Source of the DNA: Dehalococcoidia bacterium
GTDB taxonomy: Bacteria > Chloroflexota > Dehalococcoidia > Lucifugimonadales > JAGWBF01
DNA length: 64,000 nucleotides
Assembly: GCA_965247055.1 (NCBI GenBank)
Contig: CBDFGE010000006.1
Span: 31,205-95,204 of the forward strand
Direction of reading: 5' to 3'
A model generated the notes under the pieces. That model did not search any database. It was given only the letters and a program-made list of their open reading frames with translations, and was not told where the DNA came from. Shown here piece by piece: positions 26,169 to 35,870 of this stretch. Position numbers and translations under genes: made by a program. The number at the start of each line of letters is the position of its first letter. Position 1 is the stretch's first letter.

Positions 26169-29100
26169 CTACCGCTTGATGCCCGGCGTTAGGTTAGTGT
26201 TCGTCGTGTACAGCACCCAGTACCCTCTCCCTATCTGGGCCGCGTCGGAGATGGTGGTAACATTGTTGTCCGGCGCCGCCTGGTTCGGGGATATGCCGAT
26301 CCACTGGCCATGATCGAAGGTGAAGGCCTTGCTCCAGGTGGCCAGGCCGAAGTAGTTGTCCACGTCCAACTCGGTGCCCTCCTGTATGTCCGCCGTCGAG
26401 GCTAGAGGAGTTCCCGCGATGGCGATGGGGGCCAGGCTGATGACCGGTACCAGGTTCCACTCGCCGGCGATCACGGCTATGGTGGGCGGCACCTGGTCCG
26501 CCTGGAGCGGCGGCGTGGCTATGGACACGACCACGGTGGCGGTGGCCTTGACCCAGTAGGCGTGCCTGGCGTCTATGGTCTTCAGGTCGCCCACGAACAG
26601 GCCCGTTACCGGGTCGCGTACCGCTATGAGCCACGGCACGTTGGCCTCACCAGACAGTGGCCGCGTGAACACCAGGTTGACCTCGTCCACGCCGCCGAAT
26701 ACTGCTCCAATGGTCTTGTCTTTGGGGTCCCGGGGCACGGATTTCAGGTTCATGCCGGGGGACAGAGTTACCAGGAAGGGGGGCGGCTCCACCACCGTGA
26801 AGGTAACGCTGGCGGCGGTGGCCAGGGTGTTCCCCAGATCGTCGGTGCCGTTGAAGGTCAGGGTATGGGAGCCGATCCCGATCTTGGAGATGGCGATGCT
26901 GAAGGTGCGGTTGTCCCTCGTCCCCGACAGGCCCAGGACGTTGCGCTCGGTGGCCGTGCCGGCGTCCAGCACCGCGCTGGTGAGGGTGACGCCGGTATGG
27001 GTGTCGCCGTCGTACTCGGCCTCGGACGCCCAGTCGATCTCTACGACGAAGGGCTCCTGGTCGGGGGACTGCGATGCGGCCGCCGGCGTGGTGCCCACGG
27101 GCGCGGCCAGGGCGGGGTCTATCTCGACGGTCTCCGTCTTGGTCCCCAGGTTGCCGGCGGCGTCCCGGGCGGTTACCGTGATGTTGTACTGCCCGGCGTT
27201 GAATCCGGTGAGGTCAAAACTCCACTCCACCTGCGGCGTGACGATCCTGCTGGAAGTGGTGGAAGGGTTGTCGCCGGTGCACACCAGCGTGGGGGCGTTC
27301 ACGCACCGGTTGATGGCTCGCTGGGGCAGAGCGCCTACAATAGGCTCGTCGGAGGTTACCGTCATCGCGATGGTGCCCGTGGTGAAGGAATTAGCGATGT
27401 TGACCGTTAGTCCGGGCGAGATCCCGTCGGCGGCTGCCTCGACGACCGACGCCGTCACGTCATTCGTGTCCACAAAGTTGCTGCCCAGGTCCGCCACGTC
27501 GCCCACGATCTCTACCCGAGGCGTCGCAGTCGGGGCTAGCGTCGGCACCTGGAGGAACACGCTGTCAGGAAGATCGGCGGCGGGGTCGATCCCCGTCGGC
27601 TCTACGCCGTCCACCAGGAAGTCGCTGGTCTGGAAGCTGGTGGAGTCCATAGCTCGGTCGAAGACCACCCTGATCCACTCCCGCGAGCTGACTAGGCGCT
27701 CGTCTGCGGCCGTGGCTGGGTCGTCCGTTATCGTGGAGTCGAACCTAGTACCGGCGACGACGCTGTTCAGCTCCGGCCTCCTGTTGTCCACGAACAGCGT
27801 GAAGGGCTGTGCCCCAGCCGTGGCGGCGTCAGCGTCCGTCGACCCCAGATTGCCCGCGTTGTCCCGGGCCTCGATGCGCCAGGTTATGGTAGCCCGTCCC
27901 GCGGTGGTCGCCAGGTCCGCGATGGGAGTGAGGTTGTTTATGCTGTATTTGATACTGTATACCCCGGACCCGGAGAAGGTCTCGGCCACGCTGATGTCGC
28001 TGGTACTAACCGCCTGTGGGATGTTGTTCACGGAGGCGAACACGGCAACGGACGCACCGACCTCGGCCGAGGGATTTACACCGGCGATGGTGTCGGTGAC
28101 CTCAACGGTGAGCTCGGTGGTCAGGACGTTGACCGTTGCGTTATCCGCCGGGCTCGACACGGGGAAGGTGGGTGCCCCCGACTCCACGCTGACCCGCGCG
28201 GGAGACGGTGCGCGCCCGTTCTGGTCGTTGTAGCTGACGGTGATGGCGCCGCCATCGAATCCCGCCAGGTGGGGCCGCACAGCGTCCCCGGTGAGGGTGG
28301 GGTCCAGGTTGGCGTTGTCGGCGCCGTCTGCGTCCACGTTACCGTCGATCACGATGACGGTGGTGGAGTATATCCCGGTGTTGGGCCCCGTCTCCCTCAT
28401 ACGCAGCGGGATCTCCCTGGCAGCGGCATCTTTCACCGTCACCAAGTCGGCCAGCCCGAGGTAGTTGATATTGATGGTGGTGCCGACGGCAAGGGCATCT
28501 CCCGAGTGCGCGAGGGTGATTGTGTTCCCGCCGGCCAGCCCGTTGTCGGCGTTGGCCAGGGTGGCGACCCGACCCAGGTCGGTGATCACCGGTGTGTTGG
28601 CCACACTTCTCCCAGCGATGCTCAGGTTTATGTCGGCGGTGCTAACCGCACCGGAAGCGTTGGTGTCCTGCAAGGGCAGCCAGTCGAGATTCAGGCCCAG
28701 GGTGAAGGCTTCGCCGTTGGTCAGCCCCGTGTTAGGTATGGTCACTGCCTGCCGGCCGAGGTAGGTCACCGTAAAGGTGGCGCCGTTGGCAAGGGTGGTG
28801 TTGAACGTCACCGTCTTGTTGTCCCCTGAGATGGCGGTGGCCGTGGCGGTCCCGGTGATGACGATGTCCGCCACTGTGACGGTGCCTGAGACGTTGTTAT
28901 CGAGGACCACGTTGTTCAGGGCTGCCGTGAAGTCGCCGGTAGCGTCCTTGCCCGCTACTGAAACGGTCTGGGACTGAAGGTAGTCCAGGAAGTTGGTGGC
29001 GTTGCCGGCGACCAGGGTCGCCGGCGTGTTGTTCGTCAGAGTCACTGAGGTCTGAGCCTGGGAGAGGGCCGTCACGGTCAGGGTGCTGGACCCCCCGGTC

Positions 29101-29861
29101 ACTGTCACGTCGGCGCTGCTGACGGCGCCGGAGACGTTGGTGTCCAGCAAGGTGTTGCCGAGGCTCTGGCTGAAGCCCTCTCCTTCTATAAGGTTGGTTC
29201 CCGGGGACGCGGGCGCCTCCGGGAACAGCTTCGGGAACCGCGTCAGCTCCCGGCCGGGCGTTGCGTAGCGCAGATCGAAAGTTTTCCCGCCCAGGGAAGC
29301 CCGGAAGATGCTGACCTGGATGATACCCGCGTCCGCGTTGAAGATGCTCTGGACGGCGATATCGGCTGCTACGCCGTCACCGTCCACGTCGGTATTCACG
29401 ATGAACACGTCGGCCACGGTTATAAAGCCATCGTCGTCGCGGTCGGCCAAGGGGGTAGCGTCCGCGGCGCCGATGGGGTTGGCCGCCAAGACGACCGTCA
29501 GGGTGGAGCCCTGGGTCTGGCCGGCGGGTATAATCACCCGCTCACCGTTACCCCCGGTGATGGCGGGTCCGCTCACTCCCACCGTGTTCGCGATCTGGTC
29601 GAGGTTGGCTAGTTCGTTGTTTGGCCCGGTGCCCACGAAGAGGGGGGTGTTGAGGTTGGCGTCTGTAAGAGTGATGGTGATGGTACGGTCGACGGTGGAC
29701 ACGGCGTTGTCGTGAGACACCACCGCCGGAGTTGCCGTCAGGGTCCCCGTTACGGGCCCCTTGTGAACGGCCCCTGCAGGGAGGGCCCACAATGCCAGAG
29801 TCAGGACCAGGAGTGTGATAGCTCCCAGACTAACGTAGGGCCAGATACTATTCCTTTTCAT
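26169..29861 (-). CDS. large secreted cell-surface (S-layer-like) protein with Ig-like domains
   Basis: 1230 aa with signal peptide (LVLTLALWALPAGA|VHKG). T/V/A/N/G-rich with many N-x-S/T sequons. Repeated D.AGN(L)G motifs (RDNAGNLGS, RDAAGNLGT) and VDNRRPEL are typical of bacterial Ig-like (SbsA/Big-type) domains. No C-terminal anchor. Confidence 0.85.
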   Translation of the reverse strand: MKRNSIWPYVSLGAITLLVLTLALWALPAGAVHKGPVTGTLTATPAVVSHDNAVSTVDRTITITLTDANLNTPLFVGTGPNNELANLDQIANTVGVSGPAITGGNGERVIIPAGQTQGSTLTVVLAANPIGAADATPLADRDDDGFITVADVFIVNTDVDGDGVAADIAVQSIFNADAGIIQVSIFRASLGGKTFDLRYATPGRELTRFPKLFPEAPASPGTNLIEGEGFSQSLGNTLLDTNVSGAVSSADVTVTGGSSTLTVTALSQAQTSVTLTNNTPATLVAGNATNFLDYLQSQTVSVAGKDATGDFTAALNNVVLDNNVSGTVTVADIVITGTATATAISGDNKTVTFNTTLANGATFTVTYLGRQAVTIPNTGLTNGEAFTLGLNLDWLPLQDTNASGAVSTADINLSIAGRSVANTPVITDLGRVATLANADNGLAGGNTITLAHSGDALAVGTTININYLGLADLVTVKDAAAREIPLRMRETGPNTGIYSTTVIVIDGNVDADGADNANLDPTLTGDAVRPHLAGFDGGAITVSYNDQNGRAPSPARVSVESGAPTFPVSSPADNATVNVLTTELTVEVTDTIAGVNPSAEVGASVAVFASVNNIPQAVSTSDISVAETFSGSGVYSIKYSINNLTPIADLATTAGRATITWRIEARDNAGNLGSTDADAATAGAQPFTLFVDNRRPELNSVVAGTRFDSTITDDPATAADERLVSSREWIRVVFDRAMDSTSFQTSDFLVDGVEPTGIDPAADLPDSVFLQVPTLAPTATPRVEIVGDVADLGSNFVDTNDVTASVVEAAADGISPGLTVNIANSFTTGTIAMTVTSDEPIVGALPQRAINRCVNAPTLVCTGDNPSTTSSRIVTPQVEWSFDLTGFNAGQYNITVTARDAAGNLGTKTETVEIDPALAAPVGTTPAAASQSPDQEPFVVEIDWASEAEYDGDTHTGVTLTSAVLDAGTATERNVLGLSGTRDNRTFSIAISKIGIGSHTLTFNGTDDLGNTLATAASVTFTVVEPPPFLVTLSPGMNLKSVPRDPKDKTIGAVFGGVDEVNLVFTRPLSGEANVPWLIAVRDPVTGLFVGDLKTIDARHAYWVKATATVVVSIATPPLQADQVPPTIAVIAGEWNLVPVISLAPIAIAGTPLASTADIQEGTELDVDNYFGLATWSKAFTFDHGQWIGISPNQAAPDNNVTTISDAAQIGRGYWVLYTTNTNLTPGIKR
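28452..29177 (-). repeat. three internal ~75-85-aa protein repeats within the surface protein
   Basis: Units start GFSQSLGNTLLDTNVSGAVSSADVTVTG (aa 229), DFTAALNNVVLDNNVSGTVTVADIVITG (aa 310) and AFTLGLNLDWLPLQDTNASGAVSTADINLS (aa 384). Each ends ...T(V/I)..YL(G/Q). Confidence 0.8.
29337..29444 (-). other. dockerin/EF-hand-like paired Ca-binding loop segment in the surface protein
   Basis: aa 140-175: DRDDDGFITVADVFIV followed by NTDVDGDGVAADIAVQSI. The first loop fits D-x-D-x-D-G-x-I-x-x-x-D. Confidence 0.5.
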
Positions 29862-30019
29862 TGGGTCCCCCTTGCGTAACGTTGTTCAGGTTGAGATTAG
29901 AGGCCCGCCTTATCGCCCCATAGTCAGGGCGAGCCTTGGGGATTACCGAGGGGTCCGCCTGAGACGGGGTATACCGGCAATATTGCATAGAATAGCTTCT
30001 CCTGAAAAACACTGACCCT

Positions 30020-30049
30020 ATTCAAACACCATCTGGTTTTCGTTGTCAA
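30020..30049 (-). promoter_or_regulatory. promoter-like element for the surface-protein gene (about 150-nt 5' UTR)
   Basis: On the minus strand: TTGACA (30049-30044), an 18-nt spacer, then TTGAAT (30025-20020 region, 30025-30020). Confidence 0.4.
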
Positions 30050-30416
30050 GGTATTGTGCGCAGCTTTTCGGCTCTAAAATGGCCCCGGCCGCTGCACTCG
30101 GTGGGGCTTAGGGCTCCCGGCTGGCCCACCGGCCATGACGCGACATGGCCGCTCACAGAGATTTCGTCACCAGCACAATCAAACCCGTCGGGACTATACT
30201 AGGAAACGCGGCGGTTGTCAAGTGGTGTGTGGGGGCTTATAGGGCCGTTTCCCGGGGCGCAGGGGTGATGCCACCTGCTTCGTGGAGGCTGCCCTGCGCC
30301 CATGATCCCCTCCCCAAGGGACGAGGGGCCATCAGAGGCGTTTTCGGACGCCGGTACGCCGCGCTTGGCAGGGCCTAACGTGGTGGAGGACGTGGAGGGT
30401 AACGAACGCTGCCTGG

Positions 30417-31709
30417 CTAGGCGTCCTTGGCCAGGTTGGCCAGGAATTCCTGGTTGTTGGGGGTCTTGGCCAGCCGGTCCAGGACCCGTTCTGTGGCGTC
30501 GTGGCTGTTCACTGAGTCGGAGGACAGGAGCCCGACCATGCGCCGGAGGAGGACTACCTGTTTCTGGGTGACTTCGACTTCGTCGAAGAACAGCTCCTCC
30601 CGGCGGGTGCCGCTGCGCTGGATGTCTATCGCGGGGAAGAAGCGCTTCTCCGCCAGCCTGCGGTCCAGGTGCAACTCCATGTTGCCCGTGCCCTTGAACT
30701 CCTCGTAGATCACCTCGTCCATGCGGCTGCCGGTGTCGACCAGGCAGTTGGCGATGATGGTGAGGCTCCCTCCCTCCTCCACGTTGCGGGCGGCCCCGAA
30801 GAACCGCTTGGGAGGATAGAGGGCCACGGGGTCTATGCCCCCGGAGAGGGTGCGCCCACTGCTGGGGAGCGCCAGGTTATAGGCCCTGGTGAAGCGAGTG
30901 ATGCTGTCCAGGAGGATAACCACGTCCTTTCCGGTTTCAACCAGACGTTTCGCCCGCTCGATGGCAAGCTCGCCGACACGGCACTGGTCTTCCACGGACT
31001 CGTCAAAGGTAGAGCCGAAGACATCGCCTCTGATGGAGCGGCGCATGTCGGTCACCTCTTCCGGGCGCTCGCCGATGAGCACCACCATCAGCACAGCGTC
31101 GGGGCAGCTGGAGGCCACTCCGTTGGCGATGTGCTTGAGCACGGTGGTCTTGCCGGCCTTGGGAGGAGATACGATCATACCGCGCTGGCCCAGGCCGATG
31201 GGCGCGAAGAGGTCTATCATTCTTGTGGTGAGGTTGCCCGCCTCGGTTTCCAGCTTGATCTGGGTGTCGGGGAAGATGGGAGTGAGATTCTCGAAATGGG
31301 GCCTGGCGCGGGCGCTTTCGGGGTCCACGCCATTGACCTTCTCCACCCTGATGAGCCCGAAGTACCTCTCGCCGTCCTTCGGGGGCCTGACCTGCCCGGC
31401 AACGGTGTCCCCCGTCCTCAGGGCGAACCGCCTTATCTGGGACTGGGAGATGTACACGTCACCGGCGGCGGGACGGAGCCCGTTCTGGCGGAGGAAGCCA
31501 TAGCCTTCGCCCATGAGCTCCAGAGTGCCGCTGGCCATGAGTCCCTGCTGGTCGGAGACCCCTTGAAGGATTCGGCCAAGCACCTCTTCCCGGCGGAGAT
31601 TGGCCAGGGGAGCGCCGTCTTCAAGGCCCAGCTCCCGGGCCACTCCGATTAGCTCATCCCTGGACTTTCCGTCCAGGTCCGCAACGTTGATTGCCCGTTC
31701 CGTAGCCAC
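30417..31709 (-). CDS. rho: transcription termination factor Rho
   Basis: N-terminal rho_N ([18 protein letters not shown]), the CSD-like RNA-binding region, Walker A PPKAGKT, and C-terminal ...[16 protein letters not shown]. The GTG at 31709 follows AAGAGGTG by 6 nt; an alternative GTG lies at 31718. Confidence 0.92.
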   Translation of the reverse strand: MATERAINVADLDGKSRDELIGVARELGLEDGAPLANLRREEVLGRILQGVSDQQGLMASGTLELMGEGYGFLRQNGLRPAAGDVYISQSQIRRFALRTGDTVAGQVRPPKDGERYFGLIRVEKVNGVDPESARARPHFENLTPIFPDTQIKLETEAGNLTTRMIDLFAPIGLGQRGMIVSPPKAGKTTVLKHIANGVASSCPDAVLMVVLIGERPEEVTDMRRSIRGDVFGSTFDESVEDQCRVGELAIERAKRLVETGKDVVILLDSITRFTRAYNLALPSSGRTLSGGIDPVALYPPKRFFGAARNVEEGGSLTIIANCLVDTGSRMDEVIYEEFKGTGNMELHLDRRLAEKRFFPAIDIQRSGTRREELFFDEVEVTQKQVVLLRRMVGLLSSDSVNSHDATERVLDRLAKTPNNQEFLANLAKDA

Positions 31710-31736
31710 TGAGTTCACCTCTTTCAGGTAGAATTT

Positions 31737-31777
31737 CGGCCTCGTGCCGCTCCCGGCGGAGCCCCCGCACGAGGCCG
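31737..31777 (-). promoter_or_regulatory. strong stem-loop in the rho leader
   Basis: Perfect 11-bp inverted repeat, CGGCCTCGTGC (31737-31747) and GCACGAGGCCG (31767-31777), with a 19-nt loop that contains a CTCC/GGAG sub-stem. It lies about 20-30 nt upstream of the rho start. Confidence 0.45.
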
Positions 31778-31929
31778 GTGAGCATATTCAGCCGCGCGGT
31801 TGGGGTGCCCCGGCCCCATCGATTTGTCTCAGAGAATCGATCTATCCCATCTGGCCCTTTGATCCGGGATGCCGGCGGTAGGTCCCGGCTGATGCCCGGC
31901 CATCGGCGTACCAGGGTTCCTGGTCTCGC

Positions 31930-32586
31930 TCACGACGAGGCACGCTGCCAGTCTTGGAGGAAGCGGGTCTGGCCGGCATCGGTGAGGGGATGCTTTATCA
32001 TCTGCATCAGCACTGAGAGGGGTATGGTGGCGATGTCCGCGCCCGCCTTGGCGGCCATCAGACAGTGCAGTGGATGGCGTATGCTGGCGGCCAGCACCTT
32101 GGTCTTGATGCCGTAGCGCCGAAAGACCGATACGATGTCCTCGACGATGACCATGCCCTCGTTGCCAACGTCGTCGACCCGGCCCACAAAGGGGCTTACC
32201 GCCGTGGCGCCCGCGTGGGCGCCCAGTAGCGCCTGGTTCAGGGAGAAGCAGAGGGTCTGATTAACCTTGATGTTATCCCTGGTAAGGTTCGCCATCGCCT
32301 CCACCCCTGCGAGGGTGCTGGGGAGCTTTACCCAAGGATTGGGGATCCAGCCGGCGATGTCCCGCCCCTCCGTGATCATACCTTCCACATCCGTGCTGAT
32401 GACCTCCACCGATATGGGGCCGTCTATTATCCGCGCTATCTCCTGGACAGCGAACTTGTACGCATCCGGCTTGCCGATGCCTTCCTTGGCGGCCAGAGAG
32501 GGGTTGGTGGTGACTCCGCGAACCACTCCGAGGCGCGCTCCCTGTTGAATCTCGTCGATGTTGGCTGTATCGAGAAACAGCTCCAT
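31930..32586 (-). CDS. fsa: fructose-6-phosphate aldolase / transaldolase (TalC-MipB subfamily)
   Basis: MELFLDTANIDEI..G...GV..GVTTNPSL...VKLP.T..G...TLCFS..QA..A..AGA..VSPFVGR. Confidence 0.9.
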   Translation of the reverse strand: MELFLDTANIDEIQQGARLGVVRGVTTNPSLAAKEGIGKPDAYKFAVQEIARIIDGPISVEVISTDVEGMITEGRDIAGWIPNPWVKLPSTLAGVEAMANLTRDNIKVNQTLCFSLNQALLGAHAGATAVSPFVGRVDDVGNEGMVIVEDIVSVFRRYGIKTKVLAASIRHPLHCLMAAKAGADIATIPLSVLMQMIKHPLTDAGQTRFLQDWQRASS

Positions 32587-32799
32587 ACGGTGCCTCCCCC
32601 AGAAGCCAGACTATAATCGCCTATAAATACTTAAAGATAATAATAGTAAGGAGGTGGCCACTCCTGCCACCAGCATGGGATCCGCTTCCCGCAGCTTCTG
32701 CCGAGCTGCTCTCTGCGCAGAGAACCTCTCACGGGTCGGTGACATCATCCTCAGGCCGCCAGAGGTGAGGGACTCAGCTCCATGCCGGCGAAGGGTCGA

Positions 32800-34446
32800 T
32801 CATCGCACTGCTTCCCCAAAGGGCAGGGGCGGCTGGGCGCCTTCCCTCAAGGTCACCTTGGCGGCGGCCACAAAATCCTGGAACAGGGGATGAGGCCGGC
32901 CGGGTCGGGAAAGGAACTCGGGGTGGAACTGGACTCCCACCATGAAGGGATGGTCCGTTGCCTCAGTGATCTCTACCAGGTTCCCGTCGGGCGATAAGCC
33001 ACTGAAGAACATCCCAGCGTTTTCCAGGGCCTCACGGTAGGCGTTGTTAAGCTCGAAGCGGTGCCGATGGCGCTCGTAGACCAGCGCCTCTGAGTAGGCC
33101 CTTTGCGCCCGGCTGCCCTCCACGAGACGGCACGGGTAGACTCCCAACCTCATGGTACCGCCCTTATCGGTAACGGAGCGTTGGTCTGGCATGATGTCGA
33201 TTACGGGGTAAGGAGTACCCGGGTCGATCTCCGAGGAGTTGGCCGACTCCAGGCCCACAACGTTCCTGGCGTATTCCACCACCATGACCTGGAGTCCCAG
33301 GCACAGGCCAAGGTAGGGTATGTTGTTCTCCCGGGCGTACCTGGCGGCCTCCATCATACCCTGCACACCCCTCGAGCCAAAGCCCCCAGGTACGACAATG
33401 CCACAGGCGGTCTTGAGTAGGGAGTCGGGCCCCTCCCTTTCTACGTCCTCGGCGTGGACCCACTGGATCTCGATGTCCCGATCATGGCAGAGGCCGGCAT
33501 GGTTAAGGGCTTCGGTGACAGAGATGTAGGAGTCGGGCAGCTCTACGTACTTGCCCACTAGCGCTATGGGCACCTTCTTTTTGGGCTCGTTCATGCGCTT
33601 GACCATCGAGGCCCAGTCGGCCATGTCCCTGCCATGCTGAGCAAGCCCCAGAGACGTTATGAGTAGGTCGCCCAACCCGTACTCCTCCAGGATGAGGGGC
33701 ACCTCGTACACTGTTGGCACCGTGACCAGCCGAATGACGGCCTCGGCCGGTACGTCGCAGAAGAGGGAGATCTTGTCGCTGATAGACGGTGGTATGGGGC
33801 GATCGCTGCGGCAGATGATGGCGTCGGGCTGAATGCCTATGCTGCGCAGCTCCTTGACGCTGTGCTGGGTAGGCTTGGTCTTCAGCTCGCCCGTGGCGGA
33901 CATATGGGGCAGCAGGGTCATGTGGATGTAGAAGACGTTTTTCCTACCCACGTCGTTGCGCATTTGGCGTATCGCTTCGAGGAAGGGCAGGCCCTCTATG
34001 TCCCCCACCGTGCCCCCGACCTCTACTACAATGACCTCGGCACGCGTCTCCTCGGCAATGGCCGTCATCCTGGCCTTTATCTCGTTGGTTACGTGGGGCA
34101 CGGCCTGTATAGTGCCCCCAAGGAAGTCCCCTCGACGCTCTTTGCCCAAGATGGAAAGGTATACCTGCCCTGCCGTGAGGTTGGACGACCTGCTCAGCTC
34201 CAGGTCTATGAACCGTTCGTAGTGGCCTAGGTCCATGTCCGTCTCCCCGCCGTCCCGGGTAACGAACACCTCGCCGTGCTGATAAGGAGACATGGTGCCC
34301 GGGTCCACGTTGAGGTAGGGGTCCAGTTTCATAACAGAGACGGAGATTCCGCGGCTCTTGAGAATACGACCGATGGAGGCGACGCCGATCCCTTTGCCGA
34401 CTGAGCTGACAACGCCTCCAGTGACAAAGATGTATTTAGCGCTCAT
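32800..34446 (-). CDS. pyrG: CTP synthase
   Basis: [20 protein letters not shown]..., with a GATase domain (GLCLGLQ, HRHRFE). Confidence 0.95.
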   Translation of the reverse strand: MSAKYIFVTGGVVSSVGKGIGVASIGRILKSRGISVSVMKLDPYLNVDPGTMSPYQHGEVFVTRDGGETDMDLGHYERFIDLELSRSSNLTAGQVYLSILGKERRGDFLGGTIQAVPHVTNEIKARMTAIAEETRAEVIVVEVGGTVGDIEGLPFLEAIRQMRNDVGRKNVFYIHMTLLPHMSATGELKTKPTQHSVKELRSIGIQPDAIICRSDRPIPPSISDKISLFCDVPAEAVIRLVTVPTVYEVPLILEEYGLGDLLITSLGLAQHGRDMADWASMVKRMNEPKKKVPIALVGKYVELPDSYISVTEALNHAGLCHDRDIEIQWVHAEDVEREGPDSLLKTACGIVVPGGFGSRGVQGMMEAARYARENNIPYLGLCLGLQVMVVEYARNVVGLESANSSEIDPGTPYPVIDIMPDQRSVTDKGGTMRLGVYPCRLVEGSRAQRAYSEALVYERHRHRFELNNAYREALENAGMFFSGLSPDGNLVEITEATDHPFMVGVQFHPEFLSRPGRPHPLFQDFVAAAKVTLREGAQPPLPFGEAVR

Positions 34447-34568
34447 GGGTCATCGAACGTACCTTACCAAACCAATGGGGGGACAGAACCTCATACATGG
34501 AGAACAGTGTGGCAGACAGCGGAGTAAACCTGGGGAACAGACCCCATCTGCACCGGGTCTTCATGCTG

Positions 34569-34598
34569 ATTATAGGCCGCCAATCTTGCATGTGTCAA
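34569..34598 (-). promoter_or_regulatory. consensus sigma70 promoter of pyrG with a 5'-proximal stem-loop
   Basis: On the minus strand: TTGACA (34598-34593), an 18-nt spacer, then TATAAT (34574-34569). An AGACCC/GGGTCT hairpin at 34539-34560 starts within a few nt of the predicted TSS. The 5' UTR is about 115 nt. Confidence 0.55.
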
Positions 34599-34686
34599 TA
34601 GCCTTTCCTCCCTTACCCGACGAGTCCTCGACGTTATCGGAGTTCCGCCGGAGCTGAGATGATCGGGTGTCTGATATACTCTCCTC

Positions 34687-35115
34687 ATGGGCGGGGGTTC
34701 ATTCCAGATACTGGACCATACGGGCGAGACCGGTATCCTGGCCCGTGGCCGGAGTCGGGCCGATCTCTTTTGCCAGGTAGCCAGGGGCATGTTCTCCTTC
34801 ATGGTGGACCTGGATTCAGTGAACGAGCGGGAGGAGCGGTGTGTAGAGGCAGACGCCCCCGATGGGGAAGCCCTTCTGGTGGCCTGGCTCAACGAGCTTA
34901 TCTACCTTTTCGATGTGGAGGGGCTGGTGTTCAGCAGGGCTCGAATCCTGGAGATTGGCGATACCCACCTGAAGCCGGTCTGCTACGGGGAGAGGCTAGA
35001 CCTGGATAGACACGGGTTCAGCATCAGCCCAAAGGCGGCCACCTACCATATGCTGGAGGTAGCGAAAGAGCCCGGAGGCTCGGACTGGACGGCCAAGATC
35101 ATCCTCGACATATAG
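34687..35115 (+). CDS. archease (RtcB activator)
   Basis: 142 aa: ...FQILDHTGETGILARG.S..DLF...A.GMFS.M.D...EALLVAWLNELIYLFD...KAATYHMLEV...W.AKIILDI. An extended -10 (TGaTATACT) ends 6 nt before the ATG. Confidence 0.9.
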   Translation: MGGGSFQILDHTGETGILARGRSRADLFCQVARGMFSFMVDLDSVNEREERCVEADAPDGEALLVAWLNELIYLFDVEGLVFSRARILEIGDTHLKPVCYGERLDLDRHGFSISPKAATYHMLEVAKEPGGSDWTAKIILDI

Positions 35116-35137
35116 GACGGCGATCGCGGAAACGGAG

Positions 35138-35855
35138 GTGGTGGTGATGGAGTCCCACTGGCAGAAGGTGCTCAGGCAGATCGACGACCACCGATGGGAG
35201 ATCCCCACCGATTACAAGCCGGGCATGCGTGTTCTCCGGAGGGCCGGGCCTATCTGGGCGCCATGCGCTGTGCCGCCAACTTCGCCTGGGCCAACCGCCA
35301 GTGCATCGCCCACTGGACTCGGGAGTCCTTCCAGGAAGTGTTTGGCAAAGGGTGGCGGGAGCTGGGCATAAGGCAGGTGTACGACGTGGCCCACAATATC
35401 GCCAAGATGGAGCGTCACACTGTCGAGGGCGTATCCCTCGACCTCTGCATCCGCCGCAAGGGAGCGACCCGATCCTTTCCTGCGGGCAGCAAGGACGTCC
35501 CGGAACGGTACAGGGACGTGGGTCAGCCGGTCCTGGTCCCTGGGGACATGGGCCGCTACTCTTTCCTGGCGGTGGGTTCTGGCGGGGCGATGGAGGGGGC
35601 CCTGGGATCGTCTTGCCATGGCGCCGGAAGGTCCGAAAGCCGTGGCGCCGCCAAACGCATGCTCAAGGGCCGGGATATAAGGCGGGAGCTTCGAGACCAG
35701 GGAATAATTGTCAAGGCCCACGGGGGCTGGTCGTCTCTGGCGGAGGGGGCCTCGGTAGCCTACAAGGACGTGGCAGACGTTGTAGAGGTGTGCGACAGGG
35801 CCAGGCTGTGCAAGAAGGTGGCGCGCCTGCGCCCCTGGGGGTCATCAAGGGATAG
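35138..35855 (+). pseudogene. rtcB: rtcB (RNA 3'-phosphate ligase) pseudogene: internal deletion of roughly 250 codons plus two frame changes
   Basis: The N-terminal 32 aa (WQKVLRQIDDHRWEIPTDYKPGMRV) are in one frame. From about 35234 the C-terminal half (EGRAYLGAMRCAANFAWANRQ...GSSCHGAGR...) continues in another frame. The canonical end RLRP-LGVIKG* is reached only after a -1 shift in the C4 run at 35832-35835. Confidence 0.8.
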
Positions 35856-35870
35856 GCGTTATGGTCTACC

